DNA from: a virus
Lineage: Duplodnaviria; Heunggongvirae; Uroviricota; Caudoviricetes
Length of the DNA stretch: 29,589 nucleotides
Strand: one strand, 5' to 3'
IMG/VR virus record: IMGVR_UViG_3300037454_000478
Span: 122,449-152,037 of that record
In this document: positions 25,001-29,589 of the stretch, piece after piece
Position numbering within the stretch: the stretch's first letter is position 1
How the letters are laid out: each line of letters starts with the position of its first letter
The notes under the pieces: generated by a model
What the model was told of the DNA's origin: nothing
The model's database searches: none
What the model saw: only the letters and a program-made list of their open reading frames with translations
Made by a program: the position numbers and the translations under genes

Positions 25001-25090
25001 GCATATAAAAGGAGATCTCCTCCGTCCCGAATAACTATATAGGGGCAGAGGAGATCTCTTGTTATATCGCAAATAAACGCGCTTTATGCG
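25001..25090. repeat. Palindromic intergenic element, copy B
   Basis: Perfect 11-bp arms 25012-25022 and 25048-25058 with imperfect outer arms. Core is 21/25 and right flank 38/43 identical to copy A (hand alignment). Confidence 0.88.
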
Positions 25091-25096
25091 GATTTT

Positions 25097-25726
25097 TTAA
25101 TCTATGACCCGAATGTAAACGTTTTCCTGATCCTCAATATACGGATTTTCCTCATTGATTGTGATCCGGGTAACCGTGTGTTTCTTTTGGAACCATCTTA
25201 TGAAGAAACATTTTGAAGGTGGATCAATGGTCTCCCGTTTGGCGGTAACAAATACATCCTTTTGGGATCTCATTGTGGCATCCACACATACCTCATTAGG
25301 ATATCTCATTTCCACACAGGTTGTCCGCCATTCATCCGACACACAGGTATCGAATGCAAAATCCGGCTCGCAAAAGATTGTGTCATGAATTGGGATCGGG
25401 ATGGTATCATGTACATGGAATTGGGATGCCATGGAAATCATCGTTTGTAATTCCTTGTTTTTGATATTGAGTTTCTCCTGTTGTTCCAATAAATGTTGAA
25501 TGGTGGAATCCGATGTATGCTGAAGAACATCCATGGATAGTTGTAATTCGATAATCTCATTATCCCGGTCATCAAGAAGTGCCTTAATGTTGGCGGTGGC
25601 CACGGCATGTTCCTCCTTGAGGGATTTATTGACATTATACTGGATAATACATGTTGTACCAAGTGCAAGTATGAGACCGATCACCACATACATTACGATT
25701 TGTTTGATTTTACTCGTGATAATCAT
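25097..25726 (-). CDS. Membrane-anchored coiled-coil protein, DUF6549-like (putative spanin or lysis accessory)
   Basis: N-terminal TM segment, coiled coil, HDTI repeats, and C-terminal K-x-FFIRW-x-x-KK...ENPY, as I recall from Bacteroidota prophage lysis-module proteins. Confidence 0.55.
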   Translation of the reverse strand: MIITSKIKQIVMYVVIGLILALGTTCIIQYNVNKSLKEEHAVATANIKALLDDRDNEIIELQLSMDVLQHTSDSTIQHLLEQQEKLNIKNKELQTMISMASQFHVHDTIPIPIHDTIFCEPDFAFDTCVSDEWRTTCVEMRYPNEVCVDATMRSQKDVFVTAKRETIDPPSKCFFIRWFQKKHTVTRITINEENPYIEDQENVYIRVID

Positions 25727-26946
25727 TGGTATTTAAGTTCATTTATGAGAGCCCCACAATCGGTTCTCCTTGTAATAAAATACAACAATATAGGATTACG
25801 AATATCATTGTACGAAAATACCGGTAATGATAACATTTCATCAAACCCATTGATATTATCCAGTTTATGAACATTTTCAAGGAACATCGCATATACGAAC
25901 ATTGCCGGGCCGACTATCTTGTTTGAATTATAACATTGCACCATGTATTCGATATTTGGTTCACCCTCATAAATTGATGGGTTTTCCATGATATTCATCA
26001 ATATGTTTTGAAAATTATCAAGGGGAATGGACAATAAATGAGTGATGCCATCATACATCGAAAACGATATGTATAGGTTATTGTCATCACGACACATACC
26101 ACAGGTATATTCCATACAGTCGCTCACAAACCTAAATGGTTCGCTTACCCATATTTTGTTCATATCCCCATCATACATGACAAAATAATGGTTATATACC
26201 CAATGTTCGTATGTATCGTTTCCAATATATCTGTGGGATGTGTGGCAAATCGATAGATATCGGTCATCATTAAGTCGGATGATTTGAGTTGAACCACTTA
26301 ATGCGAAGGTAAACTCCGGAGTTTGAATTTCGTTTATAATTGTCGGGTTATTGATATCATCAGCCTCCTGTAATTCGTCAATGTTCAGCGTGAGTACCGC
26401 CGATTTATCCGGATCATACATGAACGTAAATGGTTTACCTTCGATGGGTTGCCAGTTCTTCTCCATACGTTTATCTGTATTTATAAACCATGTACGTTTT
26501 ATTGTGAAATCATCACCATATTCGACCAACTGTGTAATTACCTTACCTTCGACAATGTCAGGTCTACACCCAACACCATAAAGTATATCATTCCACACGA
26601 TAAGACGGATATCCTCCAAACCCTTGAATGATTGACCGCCCAATATAAACGAATTTTCACTTATGTTTTCATGTAATACCTTATCCGAATCAATTGGGCC
26701 TATGACATTATACGATGTGATTCCCTGAAATCTATTAAAAAGTAGGATGTATGAGAGTTTATCCTGCTTTGACAATGGAACATACATGTAATTCGTAAGG
26801 CGAGTGTTGGAGACGATATTTCCTTTATATGAGGTTATTGAGATATTTGTCGTTGCCCGGAGATTCCCATCGGAATCTTTATACGGGGAAATCAATGGTC
26901 TGCACGACCCACCATTTTGAATGCAAATATTTGAAAGGTATTTCAT
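25723..26946 (-). CDS. Five-bladed beta-propeller carbohydrate-active protein (GH130/GT91/GT108-like), paralog 2
   Basis: GLEDIRL, EKNWQPI, LSGSTQ, YNHYFV and SEPF...MEYTCGM. Confidence 0.6.
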   Translation of the reverse strand: MKYLSNICIQNGGSCRPLISPYKDSDGNLRATTNISITSYKGNIVSNTRLTNYMYVPLSKQDKLSYILLFNRFQGITSYNVIGPIDSDKVLHENISENSFILGGQSFKGLEDIRLIVWNDILYGVGCRPDIVEGKVITQLVEYGDDFTIKRTWFINTDKRMEKNWQPIEGKPFTFMYDPDKSAVLTLNIDELQEADDINNPTIINEIQTPEFTFALSGSTQIIRLNDDRYLSICHTSHRYIGNDTYEHWVYNHYFVMYDGDMNKIWVSEPFRFVSDCMEYTCGMCRDDNNLYISFSMYDGITHLLSIPLDNFQNILMNIMENPSIYEGEPNIEYMVQCYNSNKIVGPAMFVYAMFLENVHKLDNINGFDEMLSLPVFSYNDIRNPILLYFITRRTDCGALINELKYQ

Positions 26947-26962
26947 ATCATAGTACGTTTAT

Positions 26963-28564
26963 TTAAAGTATGCGTCTATCATCATTATAGTCCTTGTCGA
27001 ATTGTTTATGAAGATCCTTGGCGGCTTCATAATATTGCGACTCCCATAAACAATCCTGATACAATGATCTGATCGAATCATGACTATAGTATATGATTCC
27101 TTTTTCGTCATCCAACCTTTCAACCGCCATATTTGCAAAATACAAGGCTTCGATCATCCGGCTACGGCATTTATAAAACATTGCAGCGGCCATATAGGCT
27201 TCCGGTCGGCGAGGATCGCACATAATAGTATGCATCCACATGGAAATTTCATGGTTATCCCTGTGACCTAAATCGGCAATGCATCGAGCGGCCATAAATC
27301 TTTCGGCATATGTATAATCGAACAATTCAGCCGAATGGGTGAACACACAATATGCAGCCGCGTATAGTTTATTGTTGAAATACATCATACCTGTATCAAA
27401 CAACTCCTTCTGTATCATATCCTTATTTATATCAATAACCGGTTCAAATACATTGAGGTATTTAGGATACCCACCATTGTTGAAAACAAATGCATATTCA
27501 TTATCTGCATATCTTACCGATTCATCATTGAATATGAATTTCCGGATAACCTCCTCATCAACGGTCATGAGAAATACAAAGTTATCCTCAATTGCAAATG
27601 GTATATAGAATTTTCCATCGTGGTATTCAAGTCCACAGGTGAACTCAACACTGTAATTTGCGAAACTGAACAACGGGGACATTTTTACGATGTTCCAATC
27701 ATTATCCCACAACACGAATACATGGCAATAACGGGCAAATTTCCGGCCTGATGCCGTAAGCCATAATTCACAAGTATGTACAAGAGTCAACCAATAATCA
27801 CCCCAACGGATAACTTGTGATGATCCACGAAGTAAATCAAATCGTTCATCAGCCAATCCTTCAACACGTTCCTTACGAATAACCTCTTCTGTTTTACCGG
27901 TTTTTGGATTTGTTTTCACAACCACAGTTGGGTTGGCAAGCTGTACATAATGATATGGCATGTCCTTGATAGGCATCCAGTTCTTTTCACAATATGATTC
28001 CTCATTAAGCGCCTTTACCTTAACCCGGGTGATCTCCTTGAAATCCCCATCACTTATATGCATAAGTTCCATACGTCCACGGCCATTTCTATTGTCATCC
28101 CTACGAACCCCAGTGGTATATAATTTACCATCCCAACGAACAATACGGGCATCTTCTTCCCCTTGGAACTCCCATATAGGTTTGTAATCATCTGTTTTTA
28201 TAAGTTGGAATGTCCATGGGTCGGTTTCGGGATTTTTATTGGTACCTATAAAGTTTTGTGTTTTAAGATTCCGTCCATCCTCTTCGGGTACACTATAAAA
28301 TACCGGGCCCCATCCACTCCAATTTTTAACCGGATCAGTTGCACCATGAAGCACATAGTTGACATTTCGTATGATCATCTTGAATGTTTGATCCTGCTCA
28401 TCCCACATGATGGATGGATTACACCAACCCGGCCACATTGCATCATGTATATCTAAATCCATAGGGATCACTGTTGCACCGCCCATGAGACAATAATTCA
28501 CGAAGTATTTCACATCAGGTTCCTGAAGTAATATTGGGTTTTGAGGTTTTGGAAATGATATCAT
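26963..28564 (-). CDS. Five-bladed beta-propeller carbohydrate-active protein with C-terminal TPR-like helices, paralog 1
   Basis: NPSI, GEEDARI, EKNWMPI, LRGSSQ, YCHVFV and SPLF...VEFTCGL; TPR-like DPRRPEAYMAAAMFY...EALYFANMA. Confidence 0.65.
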   Translation of the reverse strand: MISFPKPQNPILLQEPDVKYFVNYCLMGGATVIPMDLDIHDAMWPGWCNPSIMWDEQDQTFKMIIRNVNYVLHGATDPVKNWSGWGPVFYSVPEEDGRNLKTQNFIGTNKNPETDPWTFQLIKTDDYKPIWEFQGEEDARIVRWDGKLYTTGVRRDDNRNGRGRMELMHISDGDFKEITRVKVKALNEESYCEKNWMPIKDMPYHYVQLANPTVVVKTNPKTGKTEEVIRKERVEGLADERFDLLRGSSQVIRWGDYWLTLVHTCELWLTASGRKFARYCHVFVLWDNDWNIVKMSPLFSFANYSVEFTCGLEYHDGKFYIPFAIEDNFVFLMTVDEEVIRKFIFNDESVRYADNEYAFVFNNGGYPKYLNVFEPVIDINKDMIQKELFDTGMMYFNNKLYAAAYCVFTHSAELFDYTYAERFMAARCIADLGHRDNHEISMWMHTIMCDPRRPEAYMAAAMFYKCRSRMIEALYFANMAVERLDDEKGIIYYSHDSIRSLYQDCLWESQYYEAAKDLHKQFDKDYNDDRRIL

Positions 28565-28633
28565 AAGATCGTGTTTTAATTTTTGTGATTCAAAAATAGA
28601 ATTATCGTCAAAGCATTTAAGGTTTTATACAAT

Positions 28634-28659
28634 AAAAAAAGGCACCCTCTCGAGTGCCT
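28634..28659 (-). terminator. Intrinsic terminator after the collagen-like gene
   Basis: Minus strand reads AGGCACTC-GAGA-GGGTGCCT-TTTTTT (GNRA loop). Confidence 0.75.
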
Positions 28660-28726
28660 GTTTGTTTGTTGAATGGTTTGTTGATGATTTTAACCGTTAC
28701 GGAGCTTGTTGATCATTTCCTGATGA

Positions 28727-29589
28727 TTATTGATCATCCCCTGCAGCTGTGCTCCAACTCGGCGTATATTCATTCCAGTGATCAGTACTAAGTATACTCG
28801 TCAGGTATGCATCTATCATTGTTTTTGGTAAGGCCACTATCAATTGACCGGTTTCAGAAGTTACAACCGGGAATCCATACCATTGACTTAATACCTTCTC
28901 CAATTGATCAGGTAAGTAGATTTTTAGAGGGCTCGGGGCATGATGGTTAGTAAGATTACCAAGAATGGCATGTGTGGTGTCAAGTCTTATTGTTGGTTTC
29001 ACCGTACCGGCTACAGTGTCTACAGACGAATCTGCCCAACCCTGATTAGCAACAATACCAATACCTCCACCGCTTCCGGCAGGGCCTTGAGCACCTTGGA
29101 TACCTGTAACGGTAAGCCAGTAATTTGTACCACTTTGGCTCCAACCAGCTTCACCAATTTTACCTGCAAGAGATACACCAACTGTACCCATACCACCCTG
29201 AGCACCTTGGAGGCCTTGTGTACCTTGAATACCTTGAGCACCTTGAGCACCTTGTGTGCCTTGTGTACCAACAGTACCACGTTTACCAGTTGTACCCTTT
29301 GTACCGGCGGTACCTCTATTACCAACATCACCCTCGTTCTTGGAATCACCTTGGTCACCCATTGCACCTTGTGAACCGGTGTCACCAATACCACCTTGTA
29401 AGCCTTGGGCACCTTGAGCACCTTGGGTACCAACCTTACCAGTACCGCCCTGTGTACCAAGAGTACCGATCTTACCGGAAGTACCTTGGGCACCTTTATT
29501 ACCGGTTGTACCTGTCGTACCTTTGGTACCATTAGTTATCTTACCGGAGGTACCTGCACCACCTTGAGCACCGGTATCACCGATACCAC
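28727..29589 (-). CDS. Collagen-like (Gly-X-Y) fibre protein, 5' end outside the window
   Basis: The frame of track ORF 28727..29362 stays open to 29587 (GIGDTGAQGGAGTSGK...); Gly-X-Y repeats are followed by a ~150 aa non-collagen C-terminal domain. Confidence 0.88.
   Translation of the reverse strand, partial: GIGDTGAQGGAGTSGKITNGTKGTTGTTGNKGAQGTSGKIGTLGTQGGTGKVGTQGAQGAQGLQGGIGDTGSQGAMGDQGDSKNEGDVGNRGTAGTKGTTGKRGTVGTQGTQGAQGAQGIQGTQGLQGAQGGMGTVGVSLAGKIGEAGWSQSGTNYWLTVTGIQGAQGPAGSGGGIGIVANQGWADSSVDTVAGTVKPTIRLDTTHAILGNLTNHHAPSPLKIYLPDQLEKVLSQWYGFPVVTSETGQLIVALPKTMIDAYLTSILSTDHWNEYTPSWSTAAGDDQ
29177..29587 (-). repeat. Gly-X-Y collagen repeat region (GTQ/GAQ/GTT-rich)
   Basis: GGT-NNN-NNN periodicity, seen as recurring ACCTTG on the plus strand. 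Confidence 0.9.

Noticed and set aside
25438-25668. Embedded Rz1-like ORF inside the spanin-like gene
   Set aside because: No signal peptide or lipobox cysteine.
29020-29535. Repetitive alternative-frame ORFs (VPKVLKV..., HLEHL...)
   Set aside because: Automatic by-products of the Gly-X-Y codon periodicity.

Overview
A 29.6 kb segment of a large T4-like (myovirus, jumbo-type) bacteriophage genome, read in the standard genetic code and densely coding. Recognisable core genes are terminase large subunit, portal, tail tube, DNA end protector (gp2-like), a Rad50/Mre11 (gp46/gp47) pair, a sigma70-family factor, Pth2 peptidyl-tRNA hydrolase, an NAD-dependent sugar epimerase, two paralogous EDxR/EKNW beta-propeller proteins and a collagen-like fibre gene. 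Two long ORFs run off the window ends and are missing or truncated in the supplied track (1..2264 minus; 28727..29589 minus). The host is probably a Bacteroidota, inferred from a DUF6549-like protein, an NtrC-type Fis HTH and mostly SD-less A-rich leaders. Main highlights: (1) seven or eight proteins, including the sigma factor, begin with a T4 capsid-targeting-like decapeptide (MKxLxE[YFCI]IxE), suggesting a packaged and injected sigma; (2) a four-copy GTTAA-N17-TTATATA promoter class that could be its target; (3) a dispersed ~90 bp hairpin element with compensatory base changes; (4) strong CCGG over-representation; (5) a possible fibre-glycosylation module. I found no tRNA, rRNA, CRISPR array or transposase. 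All family assignments come from motif recognition by eye, not database searches.
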